Shown one piece after another: positions 1 to 9,200 of a DNA stretch of 64,000 bases (position 1 is the first letter of the stretch; every line of letters starts with the position of its first letter). The notes beneath the pieces were generated by a model that was given only the letters and a program-made list of their open reading frames with translations, had not been told where the DNA came from and searched no databases. A program made the position numbers and the translations under genes. Origin of the DNA: an uncultured Verrucomicrobiae bacterium (GTDB taxonomy: Bacteria > Verrucomicrobiota > Verrucomicrobiia > Limisphaerales > Palsa-1400); assembly GCA_963702845.1 (NCBI GenBank), contig OY969763.1:4928001-4992000 (forward strand). Direction: 5' to 3'.

Positions 1-609
1 ATCCTCCCCACTGTGGAATCTATAGACGAACCGATAAATACATTGATCCAGAAAGGATGGATAGATGTGATGTGGGAGGTCGGGCTCACGCACTTGCAGT
101 CTGAATTTGAATTTTTCAAAAGTAATATCGAGTTTTGGTACAAGTATGCGGAAGCGAGCAATGCGGATGCTCTATTTTACAGATCATCGACTTTGACTTA
201 CGAAGAAATCCTTTACAGAGAAAAAGCTCTCTTAATCCGCAAATTGATGAAGGACGAACTCCATTCAGTCGCAGCAGAAATATGGAAAGCCTTCCCGCAA
301 TGCCGAGACTCATTAGCAATTCAAAATCCAACGTTACCCGATTACAGCCCATGGAATTTTCCATCTCTGCAAGTATTGGCGGGAATTAGTGCGGCAGCGA
401 TGAGAAGCACAATGAAATTCGAGGCAAACGACATGCTTGATTTTCGGCATGCTGCGTTGGCAATTCCGTATTGCAACGCCATCTTCTGTGACAGCGGAAT
501 GGCTACTATTCTCCGAAACAAACCGTGCGAATTCGGAAGCGTTTATGGAGCGGAAGTCCTGGGTACCGTAGACGAAGTTTTGAGTTTTCTGAAAAGGTTA
601 AATATCTAA
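1..609 (+). CDS. 5'-truncated hypothetical protein, possible PIN-like nuclease fold at C-terminus
   Basis: Frame open from base 1 to TAA at 607-609; visibly AT-richer than the core genes; motif ANDMLDFRHAALAIPYCNAIFCD resembles the D-x2-H-x3-A..C(D/N)-x-F-x2-D C-terminal motif of PIN-like proteins. Confidence 0.5.
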   Translation: MLPTVESIDEPINTLIQKGWIDVMWEVGLTHLQSEFEFFKSNIEFWYKYAEASNADALFYRSSTLTYEEILYREKALLIRKLMKDELHSVAAEIWKAFPQCRDSLAIQNPTLPDYSPWNFPSLQVLAGISAAAMRSTMKFEANDMLDFRHAALAIPYCNAIFCDSGMATILRNKPCEFGSVYGAEVLGTVDEVLSFLKRLNI

Positions 610-954
610 GCCCACAAAAGCTTGCGGCTTATCCGGTGAGGGTGCCAACCCCAAGCTATTAACACTGGACTATCTCTACAACGTTTGACAGATAGCTACT
701 TCATGTTACAATCCTACCGCTTGCACGAATTGTGCGACCTGCCCCGACATGAGTGTGTCCATGGCTAAGCCAATGACGGCCCATCAAATGAACAGAAAGG
801 CAACCCGTGAAACCAGCACCGCAAACGCGAACAAAAGATCGCTTGTCGCGCCATAGCCAGGCAAAGGCGGAAGCGACCGGTGTGCCCATCAATCTCAGCG
901 GTGCTGGCGCCATGCCTCTTTCATCCTTGTTCGTTCAGGGTTCAACCATTCGCC

Positions 955-1012
955 AATACCGCTTGGTATCGAGTAGTACCGGTAAGTATCGGTTTAAAAA
1001 AAATTATTTTTT
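955..1012 (+). repeat. 10-bp-period tandem array x4 plus A/T tract (module M1)
   Basis: aataccgctt/ggtatcgagt/agtaccggta/agtatcggtt followed by t-aaaaaaaa-tta-tttttt. Confidence 0.8.
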
Positions 1013-1022
1013 CCGGCATCGA

Positions 1023-1050
1023 TTCATCCTTCTGCCTTCAGCCTTCAAAT
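1023..1050 (+). repeat. Heptamer tandem repeat x4
   Basis: ttcatcc/ttctgcc/ttcagcc/ttcaaat. Confidence 0.6.
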
Positions 1051-1220
1051 TTGCACCCGTGACGGCTGTGACCCGTCCCACGTGACGGGTCCAAACGCGA
1101 AAACCCACAATGTTTATGCGGCTTGGGACGACCTGACGGGTGTAGAGGGGATAGGTGGGGGTCTGTCCACCACAGCCTTCGCGGCGCCGAATGTCTTTTT
1201 GACCTTCTCTCTCACTTATC

Positions 1221-1270
1221 CAACTAAATGTCACCAGATGTCAGTAGATGTCACTAGATGCAACCAAAAA
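1221..1270 (+). repeat. 10-bp-period tandem array x4 plus short A tract (module M2)
   Basis: caactaaatg/tcaccagatg/tcagtagatg/tcactagatg then caaccaaaaa. Confidence 0.85.
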
Positions 1271-1370
1271 CGATCATACGTGGGCAGACACTTAGCGCAG
1301 ACACGTTGCGGAAAATCTCACGTAATCTCCAGTTCTCTACACCTGTCTGCCAGAGCCCAAAAAATTGCAC

Positions 1371-1425
1371 CTACTGCCACGTGCTGTCACCTGCTGCCGG
1401 CCACTGCCACCAAAAAATTATTTTT
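1371..1425 (+). repeat. 10-bp-period tandem array x4 plus A/T tract (module M3)
   Basis: ctactgccac/gtgctgtcac/ctgctgccgg/ccactgccac then c-aaaaaa-tta-ttttt (same tract as M1). Confidence 0.85.
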
Positions 1426-1543
1426 ATACAAGCGCCACAAAACTCAGAAATCTCCACGCCCGCTTGCGTTTCGTTGCACTCAACCACGCGATTTTACCCC
1501 CGGTTTTGACGCATTTCCGCGTACGCTCGCGACCATTCCCGAA

Positions 1544-2485
1544 TTAAAACTTCGCGATGTATTGTTCCAACTTCACGGCGTCGGCGGCGAAGGTGCGGAT
1601 GCCTTCGGACAATTTTTCGGTGGCCATGGCACTCTCATTCAGTTCCCAACGGAATTGTTTTTCGTCGAGGCTGCGTTTGGGCAATTGCAATTGTTTGGCC
1701 ATTTCGGGGGACAACTTGCGTTGGACGGGTTCCGTGCTGGATTTGAGTTCACCGAGCAGTTCGGGGCTGATGGTTAAGAGATCGCAGCCGGCCAACTCGA
1801 GGACTTCGGCTTTGCTGCGGAAACTCGCGCCCATGACTTCGGTCGGGTAACCGTACTTTTTGTAGTAGGCGTAAATCTCGCGAACAGAAACGACGCCGGG
1901 GTCTTCGGATGCGGCGTAGTCTTTACCGGTGCTTTTTTTGTACCAGTCGAGGATGCGGCCCACGAAGGGCGAGATAAGTTTGGCATCGGCTTCGGCGCAC
2001 GCGATAGCCTGCGCCATACAAAAGAGCAGCGTCATGTTGCAGTTGATGCCTTCCTTCTGCAGGACGCGCGCGGCCTGGATGCCTTCCCAAGTCGTGGCGA
2101 GTTTGATCAGGACGCGTTTGCGGTCGATGCCGCGCTTTTCGTAGAGGGAAATAAAGAGGCGCGCTTCGTTGAGGAGGGCGTCGGTGTCGAAGGAAAGTTT
2201 GGCGCTGGTTTCAGTAGAGACGCGTCCGGGGACAATTTTTAAAATCTCGAGACCGAAGGCGACGAGCAGGTTGTGGAAAATGGCTTCGTGCGAGAGCGAT
2301 TGTTTTTTGCCGTCGGCGATGACTTGTTCGACGACGGATTTGTATTCAGGCTTTTGGGCGGCTTTGAGGATGAGGGTCGGATTCGTTGTCGCATCTTGCG
2401 GCAAAAACTCTTTCATCAAGCCGAAGTCGCCGGTATCGGCAACGATGCGGGTGAATTGACGGAGTTGCTCAAGCTGGTTTGTCAT
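1544..2485 (-). CDS. tal: Transaldolase
   Basis: Motifs [58 protein letters not shown]; start placed at [11 protein letters not shown]. Confidence 0.96.
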   Translation of the reverse strand: MTNQLEQLRQFTRIVADTGDFGLMKEFLPQDATTNPTLILKAAQKPEYKSVVEQVIADGKKQSLSHEAIFHNLLVAFGLEILKIVPGRVSTETSAKLSFDTDALLNEARLFISLYEKRGIDRKRVLIKLATTWEGIQAARVLQKEGINCNMTLLFCMAQAIACAEADAKLISPFVGRILDWYKKSTGKDYAASEDPGVVSVREIYAYYKKYGYPTEVMGASFRSKAEVLELAGCDLLTISPELLGELKSSTEPVQRKLSPEMAKQLQLPKRSLDEKQFRWELNESAMATEKLSEGIRTFAADAVKLEQYIAKF

Positions 2486-2537
2486 ATGGAAATCAAACCC
2501 TGAATTGGAGAAAAAGCAATGAGGAGCGGGAAGGTCG

Positions 2538-2597
2538 GTCGAAAGTCGAAGGTCGAGAGTCGAGGGCAAAAGCGTCAGTCGGTCAGTCGGTGAGTCG
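2538..2597. repeat. Heptamer (GTCGARR x4) and octamer (GTSAGTCG x3) tandem repeats
   Basis: gtcgaaa/gtcgaag/gtcgaga/gtcgagg (2538-2565); gtcagtcg/gtcagtcg/gtgagtcg (2574-2597). Confidence 0.8.
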
Positions 2598-2617
2598 GAA
2601 GGTGGGAGGAATACGGA

Positions 2618-2645
2618 CGGCGCGCGCGGAGCGACGCGCCCTACC
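2618..2645 (-). repeat. GTAG-type REP-like palindrome
   Basis: Minus strand ggtagggcgcgtcgctccgcgcgcgccg; related copy at 62522-62548. Confidence 0.7.
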
Positions 2646-2671
2646 CTGCTCGCGAGGTTCGCGAGGAATGG

Positions 2672-3323
2672 TTATTGCAGTTTTAGGACGCCTTCGGAGA
2701 TGGCGAATTTGGTCAGGCCGGCGACGGAGTGGATGTCGAGTTTGCGCATCAAGCGTTCGCGGTGCGTTTCAATGGTGCGCACGCCGACGCCGAGTTGGTC
2801 GGCGATTTCTTTGTTGCTCAGGCCAGAGGCGATGAAGCGCAGGACTTCTTTTTCGCGATCGGACAAGTTGCTTATGGCCGGTTTATCGGCGGTGCGGGAT
2901 ATTTCGTTCAGCAAGACGCTGGAAATGGCAGGACTGAAAAAGGCTTCGCCGGAGTGAACCAATTCGATGGCGCGAATCAACTCGGCGGGCGGGCTGTTTT
3001 TCAGGACGTAACCGCGCGCGCCGGATTTCATAATCTCGACGACGTATTCGCGGTCCTGGTGCATGCTCAAGACGAGGACTTTGGTCTTGGGCGCGTTTTG
3101 CACGATGACCTTGGTGGCTTCAAGGCCGTTCATTTCCGGCATGTTGATGTCCATCAGTACCGATTGCCGGAGAAAATTCCTGAACGCGTTTGATGGCGTC
3201 TTTGCCGTTTTCGGCTTCGGCGACAATCTTCATGTTCGGCTGAGTCGAGAGACGGGCACGAATGCCCTCGCGGACGATCGGATGGTCGTCGGCTAAAATG
3301 ATTTTGATCGGATCGGATTTCAT
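2672..3323 (-). pseudogene. NarL/LuxR-family response regulator with a +1 frameshift near 3161 (pseudogene or assembly error)
   Basis: N-part IKIILADDHPIVREG in one frame, VLMDINMP..GYVLKN..LSDREKEVL..KEIADQL..HRERLMRKL in another; junction reads atc-g-gta-ctg-atg on the minus strand (one extra G). Confidence 0.85.
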
Positions 3324-3328
3324 CGGAT

Positions 3329-6157
3329 TTACCTACGGACGATTGCGAGTTCCTCCATCTTTTCCGCGCGCATGGAGATTTCAGGCGTGAGCCGAGGTAT
3401 TTTTACCTCGATCCGTGCCCCTTTGTCAGGAACCGATTTGAAATCCACAAATCCGCCAACGTAGGCGACACGCTCCATGATGCCGACGAGGCCCATGCCG
3501 GATTTTTTGCGCGGGTTCGATGCGTTGGCCGACGGCGATTTAAAGCCAATGCCGTTGTCCTCGATTTGCATGATGAGGCCGGTGGCGGTCTCGGACAAGG
3601 TAAGCGTGACGTCGGTGGCTTCAGAATGTTTTTCAACGTTGTTGAGCGCTTCCTGCATGATGCGGTAAATGGTCAGTTCGAGGTTCGGTGACAACTGCAC
3701 CGTGCGCGGCAAACTCAGTTCAACATTCACGCCAGTGCGATGCATGAATTCGCTGCAAAGACTGCGGACAGCCGGGATCAGTCCCAGGTCATCCAGCTCG
3801 CTGGGACGCAAGTTGCGGGAGATGCGCCAGACTTCGTGCATCGCTCGATCGAGAAGCCCCTTGGCTTTCGTAAGCGCTTCGGCAGTGACGGCATTGGGCA
3901 CGAGATCTTTTTCTTCGACGGAGTCGAGGCGGAATTTGGTCGACGACAAAATCTGGTTCACGGAATCGTGCAACTCGCGGGCGACGCGCATGCGTTCGCT
4001 TTCCTGCGCTTGCAGAATTTGGCCGGGAACTTCGCGCATCGCTTTTTCGGCGCGTTTGCGTTCGGTGATGTCGCGGAGATAGCCGGTGAAGATTGGGCCA
4101 CCTTCGATTTGAATGGGGGTGAGCGCCATTTCGGCGGGGAACTCAGTTCCGTCCTTGCGCATGGCCATGATTTCGATGCGGCGACCCATGAGGAAATCGC
4201 TGCCGCTTTCGACGTATTGCGAAATGGAGTCGCGATGGCGTTGGCGCGCTTCGGACGGGATAATCAAGGCCGCTAAGTCGCGGCCGATGGCTTCTTCGCG
4301 TGAGTAACCGAAAGTCTTTTGCGCAGCGGAGTTGAATTCCATGACGCGACCGTCACGATCCATGGTGATGATGCAGTCGAGCGCTGATTCCATGATCGCG
4401 CCTTTGAGGGCGTCGCTGGCGCGCAAGGCGGTTTCGGCACGGATTCGTTCGAGCGCGACACCGCAATAGTCCGCCAGCGTTTGCAACATCGAGAGATCTT
4501 CGTCGTCGAAGGCGTTGGGCTGATAGCTTTGGACGGAGAGCAAGCCGACGACCTGGGTGGCGTTACGAATCGGGACGTACATGATGGACGCCGAAGGTTT
4601 CGCTTTGTTGCCGAAGGGTTCGGAGTCGGTGGAAAACTGGATCGGCTCCTTTTTCAAGATAAGTTCACCGCCTTTTTGAATGATGCGGCGGTCGCGCTCC
4701 GTGAATTGCGTGTACATTTCCTGGGACGGAATGATGTAGCGCACACCGTCGACGGTATCGACATTGTAGACCGGCTGAATGCGTTCGTCGGGAGTGAAGA
4801 GGTTGAGAGTGAAGGCGTCCCAGCCGAACAATCCTTCGGAAACTTCACCAAGGATTCGCGCAGCATCTAACGGTGAAAGCGCGCCGTTCAATCGCTCGCC
4901 CAACGTCGACAACGCCGCGTTACGGAGTTCGCCCTGACGGCGTTTGGTGGTGTCACGAAACGTATTCAGCAAGAGCGGCATGTGGCCTTCCTGCTCGAGG
5001 AAGGAGTTGGACATTTCGACGTGAATCTTGCGGCCTTGCGCGAGGATGAGTCGCTTCTCCAAGTGGGGTTCGATGGTGCGTTGGCGGAAGTATTCTTTAA
5101 TTTTGCCAAGAATTTCTTCGCGACGGCTCTCGGGCGAAAAGATCGACAAGGGTTGACCTTCCAATTGTTCGCGCGAGCGTTCCATCAAATTGCAATAGGC
5201 ATGGTTGACGGCAAGGATGGTGCCCTGCTCATTGACGAGACGCATGCCGTCCAGGGAGTTTTCCCAGACGAAGCGGAGTTGCAGTTCAGATTGTTGACGT
5301 TCGGAGAGAATGGCGGCAGCAACCAGCGCGGTTAGGTTGATCGTGGCCAAAAACGGTAAGAGCAGGACCAAAGCAGTCCGTGGATCATCGGCACCGAACG
5401 GACCGTGGCCGCGAATGGTTCCCCAGAGCGCAATGACAGTTACGACTGCACTGGCAAGAGTTGCGCCGCGTTGGCAATAGCGCAACGCTGCCCAGAGGAC
5501 GATGGGGATGATGACATATCCGAGGGGATAGTTGGGCGTGGGAGCGGGGAGCCAACCCTGGAAAACAGCTTCGCTGCTGCCGATGGTCAGCAAGGCCAGG
5601 CAAATCAATTCGGCGGTTAGCTTTAATTCGACTCTCCATTGCAACCGCGAGACCCACACCACCAGCAACGGCGTGATGAGCAAATAACTGGCACACGACG
5701 ATAACCATGCGAGCGACCAACCGGTTGGCACGTGACCGAGCGTCCACGTTGAAGTCGCGACTAGAGTGATTGCTATGATCGAGGCGCTGACAATGGAACT
5801 CGTGCCGATGATCAGGACGAACTTGAAGATGTCCTGCGCTTTGTTAAAGACTTCGACCCCTTTCGCAACTTGCTTCGTCAGCTTCGCGGCAATTAAGGCT
5901 TCGACGGTTTGTCCCAGAGCAATGCCGATGGCCGAAGCGATGCCGAATCGGCCAATCGTTACGTTTACAAGCAGTGAGCCGATGAGGATGCCGGGCCAAA
6001 CTTCGTTTCCCAAAAAAAGAAAGGCAGTCAGTGCGATTCCCGCGGAAGGCCAGAAGAGACTAATATGTCCCGGAGTGCCGCCGACGGTCCACCCGAGCGC
6101 CCCGCCCGCGTAATACAACACCGCCACCGCCAAAATGCTGAGCAGCCGTTTTTTCAT
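3329..6157 (-). CDS. Sensor histidine kinase MASE1-PAS-GAF-PAS-HisKA_3-HATPase (NarX/UhpB type)
   Basis: Multi-TM MASE1-like N-terminus (FWPSAGIA), PAS and GAF segments, ERMRVARELHDSVNQ H-box, YRIMQEALNNVEKH, EDNGIGF, GMGLVGIMER. Confidence 0.92.
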   Translation of the reverse strand: MKKRLLSILAVAVLYYAGGALGWTVGGTPGHISLFWPSAGIALTAFLFLGNEVWPGILIGSLLVNVTIGRFGIASAIGIALGQTVEALIAAKLTKQVAKGVEVFNKAQDIFKFVLIIGTSSIVSASIIAITLVATSTWTLGHVPTGWSLAWLSSCASYLLITPLLVVWVSRLQWRVELKLTAELICLALLTIGSSEAVFQGWLPAPTPNYPLGYVIIPIVLWAALRYCQRGATLASAVVTVIALWGTIRGHGPFGADDPRTALVLLLPFLATINLTALVAAAILSERQQSELQLRFVWENSLDGMRLVNEQGTILAVNHAYCNLMERSREQLEGQPLSIFSPESRREEILGKIKEYFRQRTIEPHLEKRLILAQGRKIHVEMSNSFLEQEGHMPLLLNTFRDTTKRRQGELRNAALSTLGERLNGALSPLDAARILGEVSEGLFGWDAFTLNLFTPDERIQPVYNVDTVDGVRYIIPSQEMYTQFTERDRRIIQKGGELILKKEPIQFSTDSEPFGNKAKPSASIMYVPIRNATQVVGLLSVQSYQPNAFDDEDLSMLQTLADYCGVALERIRAETALRASDALKGAIMESALDCIITMDRDGRVMEFNSAAQKTFGYSREEAIGRDLAALIIPSEARQRHRDSISQYVESGSDFLMGRRIEIMAMRKDGTEFPAEMALTPIQIEGGPIFTGYLRDITERKRAEKAMREVPGQILQAQESERMRVARELHDSVNQILSSTKFRLDSVEEKDLVPNAVTAEALTKAKGLLDRAMHEVWRISRNLRPSELDDLGLIPAVRSLCSEFMHRTGVNVELSLPRTVQLSPNLELTIYRIMQEALNNVEKHSEATDVTLTLSETATGLIMQIEDNGIGFKSPSANASNPRKKSGMGLVGIMERVAYVGGFVDFKSVPDKGARIEVKIPRLTPEISMRAEKMEELAIVRR

Positions 6158-6218
6158 GGATCGGGCGCCCAGTTTAAGAAAGCGCACCCCGGAAGTAACG
6201 CCCAAAACACAGGTAAAA

Positions 6219-9200
6219 TCAGTGCAAATGCAGCGGCAGGCTGACGTTGTTGGACATAACGTAGCCGTAACCGCCGTTGTTCCACTGCAACACCGCGCCA
6301 TGACCGGTGAGGTTCCCAGGAGCACCCGTTGGACGATAGGTAACGGTTGCGGATCCGGTCGGCGCCGATATTGAACCAGCGAGGTAATTTGTGGGACCAC
6401 CGGGCAGTTTCACGATCGCGTTGTTGTTGCTAACCGCATACGGGAACGTTAATTGAGGTATCCCAATATCGAGGGCAGCATCGGCTGGATTGAGCGAAGG
6501 TGTCACCGGCATGTATGGTGAACCAAATAATTGAGTGACGTTGGTGAAACCATTTGTGTAGGTCGCGGTCAACGTGCCAGCGGGCCGGATCCAACTCACG
6601 TTGCCGCCGGGCCCGCCGCCGGAGAAGTTCAACCAGCCTTCGATCAAGCCGCGGTTGCCGTAGAGCGGAATGTAAAGCGGCCAGTAACCTTGTTGCGAAA
6701 TAGGGACTGTCTGGGAAATCGGCGTGCCGTCGCCGAGTGTGCCGATGAAAGAGATTATGCCCAAAGGAGTGTTCGTGACAAAACCGTATCCAAAACCGCC
6801 TGGTGAATACGTCGGCGCTCCGCCTCCCGGTGAAATGGCCAGTGTGTAACGCGCGGAATCCGGGAAACGATTAGCGCTGCTATACGGAGCAATGTCAGCC
6901 ATCAACACCGACGTCCATTCATCCGGCGCAGGCGAGGCGATGGTGCCAGTCATTTGCTTCGCAACAAAATCCAAATGAAGCGCAACGGTTAGAGCCGTTT
7001 TGCCGGAGCGCAGCATGTGTTTGGTCGCATTGCCATGGACATCAAAGGCGTCTGACAGGAGGTAACTGCTACCGTCGACTTTCAAAGTGCCGGAGAAGGT
7101 TGCGTCCGCACGCACGAGTAAGTTGAAAATCGCGCCCGCGGATTTTACGCGCACGCCATTGGTTTCGTAGAACAATCCGTTGTAACTGCCGTTGGCGTTG
7201 TTAGCCACGACCGGGTTTGTCACAAAATTTGCGGTCAATTGTAAATTGTCCGACATCCTAAACACGAAAGTGGGGTCACCCGAAAGCTCCGCGCCCGAGC
7301 CATTGACCCAATTTGAAAATACATTGCCGATCGCTGGCTTCGCGGAGATGCGGTAGTTGCGGCCAATTTCTAAAGTTGCGGTATTGGTTGCGGTGCCGAA
7401 CGTGAACGGCAACAGGGCGACTGTGGAACCCGCGCCCGTCGTGCTGACATGGAGAGTTGAAGGAACGCGCAAGAATAGATTCAAGGTGTTCGTCGAACTC
7501 CAACCGGCAGCGTCCGTGACAATTGCTGTAAACGTATTTGTGCCGGCCACGAGCGAAACAGCATTCGTCCAGCGCCAGGAATTTAGCGTTCCCACCAGAT
7601 TGGGAACGATCTTCATGGCCGCGTTCGACGGGAATGTGCGCGTAATCGTCAAACCAGCGACGCGACTGTTGTCCGTCGCGGACCCGCTGATCACAATCTG
7701 AGGCACCGTGCTGGTGATCGTGCCGAAGTGCGTCGCATAACTGTTGGTGAATCGCGCGTTGAGAGTGGGATAGCTGAACGTTACGTTTGGCCGAATCAGG
7801 TCACGCGCGACACTGAGATGGCCGGCACTCGACGAAGTCAACACCGCCGATTGGCAAAGCTCGGTGCCCACATAGCATCGATAAGTGCCGGCATCGTTTA
7901 TTTGCACACTGGCGATGGTGTAGATGCTATCGGTTGCGCCGCTGATATTCGTTCCGTTCTTCGCCCATTGGAATGTCATCTGGGAATTGGCGTTGGCGTT
8001 GGCAGCGAACGTCGCAGTGCTGCCGACGGTCTTGATTTGATTAGCTGGTTGAGCGGTGATCGTTGGAGCGACTTCTACGCCGAGCAATGCCACGCGGCTG
8101 GTGATCGATCCAGAGTCGTTGGTGACGATGCAAAAATACTGGCCAATATTCTTCGAGGTAACCGGTCCGACTGTCAGTGAAGCATTTGTTTCGCCGTTGA
8201 TGGAGGTTCCGATCGCACTGCCGGAATTCGCAAAATACCATTGGTAAATCAATGACGTCCCGCAGGCCTCGGCGGTGAAAATGTTTGTCGAATTGATTGA
8301 GACGCAATTGTCCGATGGCTCAGTGAGGAACGCGGGATCGGCAACTTTAACGATTGCATTACTGCTTCTGAGCGCCATGTCACCCGTGACTTGCACCGAA
8401 TAGGTTCCGGCATCGGCACGCGCGACAGCGATCACGGAGTAAGTTGCGTTCGTTGCGTCCTGAACCGGCGTTCCATTGTGTATCCATTGATAAGTTGGCG
8501 TGGTTGATCCACCGACGGTGACGCTCAAGCTTAACGTGTCGCACGCATTGAGAGTTTGGTTCGTCGGCTGAGTGATGATGATCGACGCGTCGCTCACGGT
8601 TACTGTTGCGGCTGTCGAAGTCGCACTGCCGATGTTGTTGGAAACGACGCACGAATAATTTCCGCTGTCGGTGTGCGCGATGCCCGCGACGGTCAAGTTA
8701 GCCGTATTTGCGCCGGAAACGTTCCCGAAGTTCGCCAGGGCAACACCGTCTTTGCTCCAGGAATAGGTGAACGGAGCGGTGCCGCTCACCGCGACACTGA
8801 GCACGCCTGTAGCGCCGACGTTCAACGTCTGAGTTTTTGGCTGTGTTGTAATCGACGGAGGCAAAAGTACGGTGAGTGTCGCCATACCGCTGGTCGCGCT
8901 ACCTGCTGAATTTGTGGCGACGCACTGATACGAGCCCGCATTCACTGCAGCGACGCTCACAACTGTCAGCGACGCGGTAGTCGCGCCGGAAATATTCGCA
9001 TTGTTAGTCACCGCTGCCCCGAGTCTCGTCCATTGATAACTGAGCGGTTGCGAACCTATCGCAGTGACGTTGAACGTAACCAGCGAAGCTGCGTTTGCCG
9101 TGGCGCTCGCGGGTTGGGAAGTGAAGATCGGCGGCGTGATAACTGTCAGTGCTGCGTCCGCGCTGATTGCGCTGCCGCCGAAATTCGTGACCGTGACTCT

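Noticed and set aside
955..1425. CRISPR array
   Set aside because: Units are 10 bp, contiguous and lack unique spacers; no cas genes in the window.
807..1777. ORFs 807-1085 and 1082-1777 as genes
   Set aside because: They translate the repeat modules, the second runs antisense into tal, and neither has a recognisable domain.
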